Shown: one piece after another, positions 39,096 to 64,000 of the stretch | Position numbering within the stretch: the stretch's first letter is position 1 | How the letters are laid out: every line of letters begins with the position of its first letter | From: Chrysomallon squamiferum | Taxonomy: Eukaryota; Animalia; Mollusca | DNA: 64,000 nt | NCBI GenBank assembly: GCA_012295275.1 | Contig: CM022673.1 | Span: 25,792,001 to 25,856,000 of the forward strand | Direction: 5' to 3' | Notes under the pieces: model-generated | Database searches by the model: none | What the model was told of the DNA's origin: nothing | The model's input: the letters and a program-made list of their open reading frames with translations, nothing else | Made by a program: the position numbers and the translations under genes

Positions 39096-40209
39096 TGATC
39101 AATCACTTTCAAACACGCTTTTCTTTTTAAATGTAAAATCCCATCATATTTCAATACTATGATGAATAATAATTTTGAATCACTTACTATTTATATCATT
39201 ATTTAAATTAAATATATAATGTGAAAGATACAGACATAATGAATAATAATATTTTCATTGTACAAAATAAAAGTTTGAAACTAATTTATTTTATTGTATT
39301 TGTGAAGAATCATATTCTTACATTTTATGCTGGTGTTTATTTTGTAGAATGTTTTTATTATTCTTGTTAGTATTATTTTTGCTATGTGTGTGAAAATGCC
39401 TACAACTATTTCATCTTTGCATGTTAATTTACTTATTAAAATTTTCATTATCATTCTTTGTCATTCATAAGATGAAAATCATTATAAGCCATGCTCTACA
39501 TATAAACATCACATTGTAATATCCTTTACAGTTCTGTATTATTTGAAGTCTTGCGATATTCTTTATGCGAACTGAGATGGTACGATTGAAAACATAAGGA
39601 TGCAGTACCCTTCTTGGCTATAATTACATAGATATCATTCGTGCACACCTTTTGTGATTTGCTGTAATTTTGTATGTTAATAAAATCAGTGTTTTGAGGC
39701 ACAATTCATCACACAAACACACAGGTGGGGTATCGCTGGAAAAGGTTTTTATTACACCTTTCAGTCAGTTGTCATAAGCTTACATTATTTCAATAACATT
39801 TTGTTCAACAACATATTTTATTACCACACATACAAATTATAACGATTAACTGCCTGAATTTGTTTACTGTATTACAGTTATGCAAATAATACGTATAAGT
39901 AGTAAGGAAATTTAAACTTTTTGCTTTTCAAGAGCTAAGCAAAATAAAAAATTGGTTTTCGTACCAGTGGTTTCAGTGTTTAATTGAAACGGACGCTTGG
40001 ACATCCCTGATGACCCAATTTGCTGTGGACAGCGACATTTGTAGCCCGTTTCATAAACTTTAAAAGTCACAAATGAGGGATCTTTAAAAGTAGGCGTAGC
40101 AAGAGTGTAGAATGAGTTTTGAATGTCGACTTTAATAAATGTTGATGTTTTCAAAAACATTTTGAGTTAGAATATAAACTACTGAAACGTGATTGAAAAA
40201 AAAAAGAAA

Positions 40210-40273
<64 letters not shown>

Positions 40274-41325
40274 TGAAATAAAAAAATAAATAAGTAACAT
40301 GTCAGGTTAATAATCAGACGCTAAGTGTTCATTTTGTTTTTGTTTCGGTTCGTTACGTAACACGTACATTGGAATTCTCTGTTTTCAATGCACAAAAATA
40401 ACTCGGTCAACCCAATCTTCTGTAGGAAAACCTTAAAAAAGCCCAAGGCAAAAGTCATTAAAACGGATCACTGATTATTGATACAGGTTAATGTATATAC
40501 GAAATTACCGTTCAAACCAACTTTCTCCAATATCACTAGTTACTAATGTATAAACAAAATATGCAGCCAACCACATTTTTTTGTGAACAGATGACTCGGT
40601 ATGCATATTACTGGCTTGTCAGTTCTTTTGTCTGTGTAAAAATACTAAGCAAAAATTGAAACAGTTTCCAAATCTGCAGTGATTTCAATGACTAACAGGG
40701 GAGATAACTGGCCGGAAGATGCCAAAGTCTCGGAAATCGCAAACGTTAACCTATAAATTTACCGAAACATTAAAATTTAATACAACATAACAGCTATATA
40801 ATACAGTAATATAATAATGTAGGAACAATATACAGACATAAAAACAAGGTGAACAGATGTGATACAGAAAAATGTACAGTAGAAAAATGTCATTTAGGTT
40901 GGGTGAGGTCAGAGTGGTTAAATGTACTCTTACTTCGATGGAAAGTCGGTTGAGATAGGGTTGCTGGGATCATATAGTGGGACTCAGAATAACTTGACAG
41001 TACCTAGAGATAATGTTTCTTGTGAGTAATGGAGGTAATTTCAAATTTTGTTATTTTTAAAGATTTTCACCGGATTTCCCGAAAATCGAAAAATCGAGGG
41101 CCCTGAAATCGAGAGTTATCAGTGTTTACATGGATATTCTGTATCAGAAAACTGTTTTAACATTTCTGTAAACATTAAGATCCACCATCAATTCACCAAC
41201 AACAGCAACAACACCAACAACTGCTTTTTGTTTCTTTACTATCATCATTATTTTTATTTTTAATTAGATCATTATATATTAATATTTTATTTTATTTTAT
41301 TTTTTATTGGAAAATGGGAAAAGTT

Positions 41326-41414
<89 letters not shown>

Positions 41415-42074
41415 GGTGATAATGACGGTGACGATGGCGACAATGAAGACAATAACAGCAATTGACAAACAACATTTGACTCGTTATATACATTTCTGTA
41501 TTAGGTGTCACTGGAGTAAATGATAAGCCAATGGTATGAAATTTCAGCTGAAATATAATATATCCTAGTTTTTCTTACGTTTTACTTTAGTCAGGTTCAT
41601 AAAAAAAATAGAAAACCATCTGGACAATGCAAGTAAGCTTATCTTTGTCGTGTAATGTGATATTTATTTTAACTTCTTTGATTCTCACGTATACGTTTAA
41701 TTTACACCATGTTAAATTTATTTTGTTATATAATATCTGAAACATACAATTGCGCTGTAAAAAACTCGAAACCTTAGCCCAGACGTGATGCAATATAGTA
41801 GTAATATTATGAGGTGAGAAATTTTTTGCCTTTATGGAAATTATTTATTACTGCCCTTTATAATAATGAAATATAAATTAAAAATGACTGTATGTGTTAA
41901 ATAATGATACTGTTATCTTAATAAAAAGTCATCTTCGAATTAATCATGTTTTGTTACAAATCCGAAAGATTCAATGATTCAAATATTATCCTGAAGCAAC
42001 ATGGCGAACCAGTGTATTTCTACGGAGATCATTATAACCGCTCAAAAATCTAATACAAGGCGAAGGAAAAAATA

Positions 42075-42110
<36 letters not shown>

Positions 42111-42743
42111 AAAAATTAAAAAAATTAATAATAAATAAATAAATAAATACATAAATAAATAAATAACATTTTTTTTTTTATAATAATTTAATAATATAAT
42201 ACGGTAAAATACTTTGCATTTATTAATATTCATATGCATGTCACAAAATACTCGTTGACCTTTTAACATTTTAAACACTGTGATAGGTGGAAATGAAACA
42301 CAGAACATCAGCAAATCAAATAACTACAACCAACACGAAGCATACTCCCATCGCTTATACTAGAAACAACCAGGTGCAAACATATTGTGTTGTCGGCTAC
42401 AAGTTAATCTCGTAAAAACTCTGATATTTCAAAGTACTAATTGAAATGAAATATCCGACATTATCAGTCTGAATCATAAATAATTATTATTTAAGGTTGA
42501 ACTACAAACATTCAGAGATATTTAGATACAAGATAATTATTACATATTTTATATTTCTGATAACAGCTGTTACAGATTTTTTTGCTTCATTAGGGTAGTT
42601 GAATTTTTATATATATATATATATATACACACGCACACATACATACACATCAGACATGCATACATACGTGTATATTGTGAGAACAATATCGGTAATCGAT
42701 TTTAACATGTATTATCACATATTTGTAATAATAATAATAATAA

Positions 42744-42779
<36 letters not shown>

Positions 42780-42809
42780 TCTTTTTGTTTCTCTTCTCTC
42801 GGTACTTCG

Positions 42810-42906
<97 letters not shown>

Positions 42907-43457
42907 ATCTGTCAAAAACAGTATAGTTTAAATAACAAGATAAGAAACAGTAAACATTAATTAAATAACCGAGAAAAAAACAAAAGAGACAATAATATAC
43001 CACATACATCTCTTATTAGTAAAGAAATAAAACAAATCTTATTCAACAGTCGTGAAAGGGAAAATACAAATATCGAAAATACAGGAATCCACGGAGAAAC
43101 ATCTTGTTCAGCTTTACATATCTGCACTGCTCATTGGCTGGCAGCTCTTAGAAGGTAAACTCTACACAGGATTTTTCTTGTTGAAAATCAGAGGTGATGA
43201 CTTTCTGTGGGATCAGTAGAGATGTGGCAAATTTCTGCAAGGAAATCTCCGTGTTTTGTAATGATATTCAGTGAATGATGAACAACGCCATGGTGAATTT
43301 ATCATTTTATTTGTTACGGTCTTTTCAGTACAAAGAGGAATATTAAGCAAGTTGAGTTTCTGAAGTTTTTTTTTTTTTTTTTTTATCAGATTATACAGTT
43401 CTGAGTGTTGATTAGCTGTTCTGTTTTACGTACGTTTTAACAAGCGCAATAATCCGA

Positions 43458-54647
<11,190 letters not shown>

Positions 54648-56833
54648 AAACAACATTACAGTTTTGATGTTGAATTCTTCCGTGAAAATCGGTGCGATTG
54701 TCTTGCCAAGCGGAAACTTGGCTCGCGCACTCCGCCCGATCACATTCGAGAGAGAGACGTCAGGATCAAAGAATAGAAACAGAGTTCTGTCAGGTCTTCA
54801 TAGAGAGGAAGAACGAAATGTGAAAAATATCACACCAGAAGTTTGATTTGAAGGATTTTGTTGGTTTGGTTTTACTTTGAGGTATATTTTCTCTTCAAAT
54901 AATGCAGTTTGGGTGTTTAGATTATTTAGATAAACGTATGGTTAATTTATTTAATTCACTGATTTGCTTTTATCGTTTTAAAATGCTGTATTTGGTGTTG
55001 AATTTATTACGTAACTTTTGGTAAAGCATGATTACTTTATTTACTCTGTGCATTTTTTTGAACTTATTATACACACTGAATATTGATGTCCTTTGTTAGT
55101 TTTACAAATTTCGAAATATTTTGTTTTTTTATTTCTTAGAAACCAATAAAGTCTGTATATCTTTTATATTGATTTATTACTGATTAATTATATTCTCAAA
55201 TCAAAACACTATCATTGTATTTAACTAAATATTTATTTTTATACATGTTATTCCAGATGATAATATATGCATGCAAATAATATATTTAAAGCTAAAAAAT
55301 AATGTATATTTATTGTCACTTAAGAAAACCTATTGCAAATTTGCATGAACATAATGATTCTTTCTGGCATTGGTTACACAACAAATCATTGGCATAAACA
55401 GCAAGTATATTTCAGTATATCATAGAACTTAAAAGAAAAACAGATAATACTGTATAATTATGTGGCCATTAACAATAAATATTAGATATAAATAATAATA
55501 CAATTTTTATTTCATGACATTTATTTTATGGAGAGTATTCTGAAAGCACAACAAATGGAACATTTATAAAGTACCTGTGTCAACAACAAAAATATAAATA
55601 AAATTTGTATGTATTATTAAGTTTCAAGTATGACAAAAATATATCTTGAATAACTATAAAATATATAAATTTAACTTTCAGCTGCATTAATTAAACAGAA
55701 CATGTCAATTTAGGGTTCTTTAAGAAAAAAAAAAATTAAAATTACTTTTTAAATAGATTATTCTGAGTAAAACTGTCAAACTGACAGAAATGTATGGAAT
55801 ATAAAACCTATCTCCTGGTTTGGGAAACATGATTAATAATGATTATATTTCATCAAAATTCAAAGATTAACAACACATTAATACATTTTTTTTTCAGAAT
55901 TTATTTTTAGTTAATAAAAATAATAATCACATTCTACAATGACAAATATATAATTTGATTCTAAAATAAATGATACTGAATATTTAGATGTCTAAAACAG
56001 GCAAAAAAAAAAAAAAAAAAAGAAGAAGAGAAGAAAAGAAATCCCTACATTTATTGGATTTCTTATAACTAATTCTTAGTCCTGTATTGAGTATCTTTGC
56101 TTATAAAGTATTTTACAACTAATGTTGACCTTTCTCCAGAGATTCCAAAACTAAACAAACAAACATTACAATGGAATAAATGACCAAACTATAACCATTT
56201 CAGTGGAATTACAATTGCATGGAATGAATAAAGTTAGATCAACATCTGTAATCAGAAGAATCTCATTGCCATGTAACATTTTTTAATATTCTCTCAAGAC
56301 AGACTAATTTAAAAGGAGTAATAAATTAAATTATGACGATATGACATTAAATCCACCTTAAAAACTAACTAAATATATACAAGGTGTTAAATTAAAAAAA
56401 AAACGATGTACCAGTAGACATAACTGAGTAGTGCAGTGATCACACAGGAATATGATTATGCAATAAACACATTCTTTTTGACTACAGGTTAACTATCCCT
56501 TTTCTGAAATACTGAGGGGCAGACGATAAAATAACTAGTCCAGAGCAGGCCTTTTCAAACTTCTTTTATTCATAGAACTCATATAATTTGGGCCTTTTTT
56601 TTTTTTTTTTACAGAAACTGAAATCCTTAAAGATTCATGGCTTTTTGGGGAATATTTTAAGTTAATTTCTTCTTTTTTTTAATAAATATAGCAATGAAAT
56701 ATAGTGAAGGGATTTGATTTTTTTAAATCTGAATATAAATGGTTTATTTCTCAGAAACTGGGCATTGAAACAGCAATATCTTGTGTGGAACCCTCATCTT
56801 TGAGATACCCTGTTCATTCACAATAACTTATAA

Positions 56834-56889
<56 letters not shown>

Positions 56890-58113
56890 AAAATGTATAA
56901 GTGCATTGCCTAATACAAAATAATAATTTGGGATTTAATATAAGAGACAATCAACTGTAAGTTTATTCTGCATAATGAAATGAAGAACAAACTCATTTAG
57001 ATTAACAGATTTAAAACATCTAAAATTATGACTATCAAACAAGTTGAAAACAGAAAAAAAAGATATAGGAAAGAATGCATGGATTGATGCATGCACAACA
57101 TTTATAGATCATAGTGAACACAAAATGTCCATATCCATATGAATGGTTTGAAAAAAAAAAAAAAAAATTAACACTGAAAAATTATAAATAATATGGTGCA
57201 AATAAAACTATGTGATGACAATATGTAATGTAAAAACATATTTAAATTTTCTAACTAAATCAGATATTTTCTGTTTTAAATAACAAAATTCTCAGGTAAA
57301 TATATATAATGTTATTCAACAGTTTACTAATTCTAATGCACACATTCAAACAATTAGCCGAAGAACAATTAACAGACATTTTACAATAAAGCAAAATTAA
57401 AAGAAATTCAAATTATTGATGGTTTCTCAGTAAACAAAATGGAAATACAGTAGATGGTTATTTACAGCTGTTATTTGAAAAGAATTATCCCTGAAAAATT
57501 GGCATATTTCTAAACATTAACACTGATATTATTAAAGTAATATGTGAAATAAAAAAAACCACCAGACTTCTGCCAATATCAGTTACAAAATATAAAATAA
57601 ATTCACTGAGGTCTGAGTTATAGGTGGTAATATTCTGTGATTGGTGTTTTGTGGACGTAACTTACAAATACAGTCAAGTTATCAAAAAGCTACCTTTATG
57701 AATGTGAAATGTCATTCTCTGTCTAAAACTAGGAGGCTAGTCTATGAATTATAAAAACTACTGTCTAACTTCATTTGTGCTTTTCTTTATGCCCTTCTTG
57801 CCATGTCTATATCTCATTTTTCTGGAATCAACTGATAAATAATAACATCAATTCTTTGGAAAACAAACAATTTTTTTTCTTTTTACTGATTAATACATTT
57901 GAAAAACAAAGCCATACACATGCAGTCAGTATCACACCTGCCTCTCTAGAACATACAAACACTTGATAGTAACACTAGATAGCTCTGCTAATCTGTTTTG
58001 TAAGCCACTCACACAAACACACACTGACACTGAGAATATGTTCCATTAACTTTGTCTTACAGTGAAAACACAGGATCACAATGTCCCAGTAATTGTTTTA
58101 CTCATATATGTGG

Positions 58114-60163
58114 TTAGCTCTGAATTCCTTTCCAAAGGTAAATACCAGCGCTGAGGATTACACCTGCACCAAATACGAACATCACCTGCTTGGCTGGAGT
58201 TCCAAAATACTCCACAATAGCTTCCTATAAAACAGAAAACAAACAATAGAAAACATTTGTTTTTGTTTTTCAATGTTAATACTTAAATATATGTATCACA
58301 TCTGTAGTCACTTCAGTTTTGAAAATTTTCAATTATTATTTTGAAAACAATTGTTAGCATTTTATGTCTTTTTAATAATTTTACTCATAGAATCATGATT
58401 AATGGTTAAGTTTGTAAAAATAAAATGTTTTACATACCCATCCACCTCTTTCTATAATCCAGGCTGCAACCTTGTCTCGAATGAAGTCAACTATAACATT
58501 GATAGTTGCTCGTATCAAAGGAATTTTGTCTAAGGCCTGTAATAAAAATTATAATACAATGCATAACACAAACATATTTTAGGTATTTAGGATGTTGCTG
58601 GTGTAAAGATAAAACGCAAGATGTCTAATAGCAAAATAACATATTACGATTTCTGATGTTAAATTATTTAATCTTCATACTTTTCAGTGCATTATTATGA
58701 AATATGAGAAAAAAAAAAATGCTAAATTACACACTCTACACTTCAGCAGAGAACAATTATATATTTTTTTTTTTAATATTAAAGAAAACCCTGACAAACT
58801 GTTACCTTCACAGCTAATTTAAAAGCCAAATAGAATAAAGCTGTCACTCTTCCCCAGTTAAATATGCCATCTGCAAAGATCTGTTGTGCAACATTCATCA
58901 AAGTGCTTCTGGATGCATCAGGAGCCACACGGTTTATTGCACTGAAGATAAGAATTTGTTTTAATAATGCATTAGAAATCACACAAAAAACATAAAATGC
59001 ATTTACCTGCAACAAACTGTAAATGTTTTATTTCAGCTACATAAATCACAATAGGATTAAAATTCATATTTTTAATATACACGTCTTCTTTCTAACCATT
59101 TCAGAAATAAACTGTGGTTGGTCATTAAAAGAAAATGATAAATTACCCAAACACACAGTGAGTTGATGCCATTTTACTTCAGCTATATACAAAACTTAAA
59201 TTATTTTGTAAAATAATTTTAATATTTGATACCTAAAGTAACTCAAATTCAGTATTATCAACATAAGTAAGTCTAATTTAGTGTTAATCACACATACTTC
59301 TGAAGCCTGACATCACCATCCAGCTGGTCTCCTATACACCGAAGAGCTCTTGCTATTTCCGATACATGCTGCATGGGTGGACCTGCAAATAAAATTCAAA
59401 ATAATCCCAACATGCAAATCCTGTAATAACTGTTAGTATTCGTCAAATATCTGAATTCAATTGGAAATTTGCTAACAGTATTAATAAAACTGCTTTTCAC
59501 AGACGTTTTATTTCTGTTACTTTTGTTTTTTGCTGTGACGATGATCTTGTTACATTTGTGGGAATTTCAGGCTTTGTTAAACGAAGTAAACATGGAAATA
59601 AATATAAACCATTTCTCTTAAAGCTGTCGCAAAATTAAATCTTCGAAGTACTATTAATCAAAAGTGAATTTTCAAACTGATAAAAATCACAAGAATTAAC
59701 TAATTTCTGACGTCCCAAAATTCTTCTTTTCTTTTTAAGAACAACTTATTACTTATCTAGTAACAAACAAATTTGAATTTTCTGACCTGTTGGAGTTCCT
59801 GGCTCCTGCAGTTCTTCCATTGCTGGAGCATTCTGAATTCCCTCTTGCACCATACGCTCATATATAAATGTGTTTAACAAATAACGGCCCTGATTTGTTA
59901 TATCTTCAGTGGTCCTCTCCTGATAGCGAACTGGACCTACAACACAATTTGCATCATGATAACCATACACCCTGTTTGAAACAAAATAGGTATGTTTATA
60001 ATATACTATATATAAACGTCAGCTTAGTCATTATACATAATAATAATATTTTGCAGTAGGGCAAGGCTTAAAATAGTAAATAGACAAACTCACTTTTTGA
60101 AGAGAGCAAAGGTTATTTTCATGCTTGAATAGAAAAACGATGCTGTTTGAGTAGCCTGCTTTA

Positions 60164-60229
<66 letters not shown>

Positions 60230-61899
60230 ATTTCAAACATGAACTATCTACAACATTTTCTATTTCCTCTTCATTAGAAATATATGCTGTCAACAATGCA
60301 TCTATTAAGTATTTGTATTTAGTGGAAAATTAAAATTAAATGAAAATAGTTAAATCACAGAGGTACATGGGCATTATCTAATGACTCATCAGCTTTATTA
60401 TCAAAATCTTTTTAAAAGTACACACCAATTCTCTTTCAAAATATTTATTTTACTTCCTTGTCACTTCCATCTCTCTCCCAGTTTTTAATCAGAATAATAT
60501 ACTATAATGAGTTACTTTTTTCATATTTTATGATCTGACAACAAAAAGGAATATATGTACTTACAACATTAGGTAGCTTAATGCAATTACAGAATTATGA
60601 ATATGTGATTTTTTAAAATTATTATTATTGTTTTTTTTTTTTTAAATTCAGTTTATTAAACTATATAATACTAATAGTAGATATAAATTATAATTATGAT
60701 TACCATTTAGTGGTAATATTGAACTACCAAATAAAAAAGGAATATAAGACAATAAATACTAATGTTTATTATTATTATGAAGATAATATACAATAATACT
60801 AGGTAAATTATTTTAAGCGTTTGTATTTTACTATTTCTCATCCATTCACCATTGTTAATGTTTTTGAGATTACTAACTTAATTGATTATATTAATTTAAT
60901 AAATAAGTAAAAATAATTCAAAAACCAAAAATATATTACATAATTACCAAAACCAAACAATAAAATTATAAAAAAAGTAAAATAAAAAACATGCAATTTA
61001 ACGTGCTTTTTTTCTTTCAGTTTTATCTTTGTAAATAATTACAATACTTTATTCTAAAGCATCTTACTTCTTGAAAGTGGATGTCGCGTTTCTTGCCTCA
61101 TGTTGACTGGAATAATAAATAACGTTAAAATTGTATCACGATTTTAAATATTTTTTTGTAAAATATAATCACACTCAAAACCTAAACACTTTCAACATTA
61201 TCTAAATTATCTACTGTTTTTGTTTCCGTATTACGCTTTGTATCATCATCATTTTCTTCTTCTTCACATACATTTCCTCCAAATGACCGGAGATCTACAT
61301 AAAAGGTTCTTACTAGAATAAAAAGTATCCTCCCTCAGCTCTTATTTGGAAATGTTTATGCCACTCTTATAACAATTAATCAACATTACTGTTAAATTAG
61401 AAATACAAAACAAGCCAAACCAATATAATATTTCTCAAATATATACAATGTACTGATCATTACATTACTGTTGAATAGTAACAACAATATCAAAAGATGA
61501 TGATGATGATAATAATGACTATGATTATGATTATGATTATTATTATTAATAGTAGTAGAGTGGTAATAGTAGTAGTAGTTGTTCTTGTTGTAGTAGTAGC
61601 AGCAGTAGTAGTAAAGTCACTGCAGCAGTAGTAGCAGTAGTACAGATACCGGACCATTTATCCGGCAAACTTGGGAACTGAAATGAGCCGGATTTCTGGA
61701 TTTTCTGGTTTTCTTGACTCAGGCTAAATATAGTACTTAAATCATTATTATTATTATTCAAATAAAAAATAAACAATGATCTTTCAGATTAATCCATTTA
61801 CTAAAGCAGTGGTTTAATCTTGAAATCCAGTTACAAGAGGATAATGATAAATCTCTTCAGTAGTTCTACTGTCCTCGCCAGGCAGATCGCTAAATGTTT

Positions 61900-61942
<43 letters not shown>

Positions 61943-61983
61943 CCACCACCAGCAACCTGCTTTTCCGCTGGCATATTAGACAT
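58114..61983 (-). CDS. BAX: Bax-like pro-apoptotic Bcl-2 family protein
   Basis: Confident exons (minus): 59936-59787, 59382-59298 (BH3 LRCIGDQLD), 58941-58806 (BH1 FADGIFNWGRVTALFY), 58536-58438 (BH2 WIIERGGW) and 58224-58114 (YFGTP, TM, stop TAA). Tentative 5' exons: 61983-61950, 61294-61235 and 61106-61068 (NMRQETRHPLSR; alternative ATG at 61101). Confidence 0.92.
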
Positions 61984-63292
61984 GGTTAAAAATGAAAACT
62001 GAAATAAATTCTCAGAAATAATCAGGTAATTCTGAAAGATCACCTACAGACAACAGCAGTCACGACGAAACTGGAGCGGGGCACGTAACGAAAACGAAAA
62101 CAAAGAGGCCTCCCTTCGAACTGCAGCCAACCCCCTAAATTTGTAGTTGATAACTCATAAGAATGCAATAGGTCAAGGGTAGCTGTTTTCTTCTGTTAAA
62201 TTAACAACAACAACAACAACAACGACAACATCGAAAATAAATAAAAAATAAAAAAAAAATAAATAATATTTTAAGATATCGTTCTCATGGTTCGTTCCTC
62301 GATCAAATTTGCAATAGCCCCCCCCCCAAAAAAAAAAAATCGTTTCGATGATTTATAACTATTTTTGTGATAAAAAAGAGGCAACTTCCTCTATTTTAAA
62401 AATAGAAATTACTATAGGAAAGATAATCAATACCATCTGTTAACTGTAGATTATAAGCTAGGTTTGCCGGATATTCGAAAAAAAAAAAAAAATAATAATA
62501 ATATTTATGCTGCCTTGAATGTTTCCTTATTTAGTTTTATTATTGCGATTCTGGAGCAACAATAAAGGGTCATCTTGAATTGATTAAATCCTAATCGAAT
62601 TTACCTAGCAACGCATAAAAACAAGTTGCGACATCTACGCTGCTACATTTGGAGTGCTGGGAAAAATCAGTCGATGAACATCTGTGGCAGTACAGTCTGA
62701 TGATTTTCTATGATTTACCGTGGATTATTATTCAAAACATATTGTGTTGGTGGGTTTTTTAATTTAAAAAATAAGACATTTGTGGTGGTTTTTTTTCGAA
62801 TAAGTGTGTATTCGAATACTGTCTCCTTGGAACTGTGACGGATATCCAAAAGTCACCTTTTTGAAAATAAAAGCAGGATTAAAATCAAAACAACAAATTT
62901 CGATTCTGATTGTATCTGAACGATCTTTATGAATGTGAGCAGTAAACGAAAGAAGAAATTCAGATTCTTAAACAACGTCAGCGAAAAGGTAGAAGAAAGA
63001 AACAGAGAAACAACAATTTAAAAAACAAAAAGACGAAATGAATTAGGAACGAAATTTTTCCATTAGATAATAGGGTCCATGGTTTCTGTAAAATATTGAT
63101 TAAAGTATACAGTGTGGCTAAATGCTTGCGTGACCCAAATGGAAAATTTTACATTTCACGTCTTGTAGACCTGTGATTTCAGACATTATTATGGGTTAGT
63201 TAACTTGGAGCATTTAGATTTTTAATATATCATCGACATTAGCCGGTCGATATAGAGTTGTTTAAACGTGTCAACAACAACATCAGCAACCT

Positions 63293-63876
63293 ATGGGAAG
63301 CTGTCTCGGCAAGACTAGCTTTACGGTGAATAATAATGTCACAGAAGCGAAATCAATAAGGTAATATATGTGTGGATGTACACTCAAGCAGACACAATGT
63401 ATATATATGCACAGTCCGGATACACGTGTATGTGTGTCTGTGTAAACATGTAATTCTGCGAGTGGTTGTATGCGATGCAATTACGAACGCGAGTCCATTT
63501 TGTGTGCTCGTTTTGTTTTTGTTTTTTTTTTTTTCTGACACTTTCGTTTTTAGTGAATAAAACATAAAATGTAAGCTGAAAAACTAATTCCATTGCAGAG
63601 ATTTTTAATGATTCATTTATTTCATGTGTTTATATTATTATTATTATTATGGTTGTTGATGTTGTTAAGGTGCTGTTGCTGTTGCTGTTGTTGTTGTTGT
63701 TAATCTTCTTCTTATTATTATAAATATTATTATTATTAAATTAACATTTTCGTTTTCAGAACTACACCAATAATGTTCAGCATTGCTGATGCAGAAACTG
63801 TGTTACGGGACAGTTCAACCGGAGCCTATCTCCTGTACAAAGACTGGCAGACCAGTAAAGTGATGTTATCAGTCAG
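63293..63876 (+). CDS. 5' part of an N-myristoylated protein with a divergent SH2-like domain (continues beyond the window)
   Basis: Exon 63293-63360 (MGSCLGKTSFTVNNNVTEAKSIR, donor AG|GTAATA, phase 2) joins in phase to exon 63760-63876 (TTPIMFSIADAETVLRDSSTGAYLLYKDWQTSKVMLSVR, TTTTCAG acceptor, AG|GTGA donor). The pattern AExxL...GxYLL...xLSV resembles SH2 alphaA-betaB-betaC. Confidence 0.65.
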
Positions 63877-64000
63877 GTGAACCATTTTATTTGTTTTTAA
63901 ACACTCAAACTATGGACTGCTACTAAACGTATCAAGGTCACGTCAACCACTATACGTTTATTAATGAATAACGATCGTATTGAAGTGTGGTATTATTGAT

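Noticed and set aside
40895-40995. tRNA-like A-box sequence (GGTCAGAGTGGTTAA)
   Set aside because: No B-box/T-arm or cloverleaf could be folded. It is possibly a decayed SINE head but not a tRNA gene.
54664-54846. Short ORF after the TRPC stop as readthrough or a second cistron
   Set aside because: It has a non-ATG start in a different frame and no recognisable motif, so it is most likely 3'UTR.
61640-62480. 12-bp inverted pair TATCCGGCAAAC (~61659) / GTTTGCCGGATA (~62462) as transposon ends around the Bax 5' region
   Set aside because: The match is short and does not extend, and no TSD is evident. At most these are scattered MITE fragments.

Overview
AT-rich, microsatellite-dense eukaryotic (animal, probably mollusc/lophotrochozoan) genomic DNA with short GT-AG introns; there are no prokaryotic features or CRISPR arrays. 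Manual exon joining supports seven genes. These are Abitram/FAM206A (-) head-to-head with LIN9 (+), an unusual cadherin (+) with an N-terminal farnesoic-acid-O-methyltransferase-like (Methyltransf_FA) domain, 8 EC repeats, a TM helix and a short tail, and a single-Ig type I membrane protein with PY motifs (-). The rest are a TRPC-family channel (+), a Bax-like Bcl-2 protein (-), and the first two exons of an N-myristoylated protein with an atypical SH2-like domain (+). Three genes (LIN9, the Ig protein, TRPC) each carry one small apparent frameshift, most simply read as assembly indels. Non-coding features include a TIR-bounded MITE in the Abitram/LIN9 bidirectional promoter, a ~1.1 kb 22-bp minisatellite with higher-order structure, duplicated decoy splice acceptors, a degenerate cadherin exon copy and SINE-like remnants. 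Most ORFs in the supplied track are microsatellite artefacts. All assignments come from reading and translating by eye, with no database searches.
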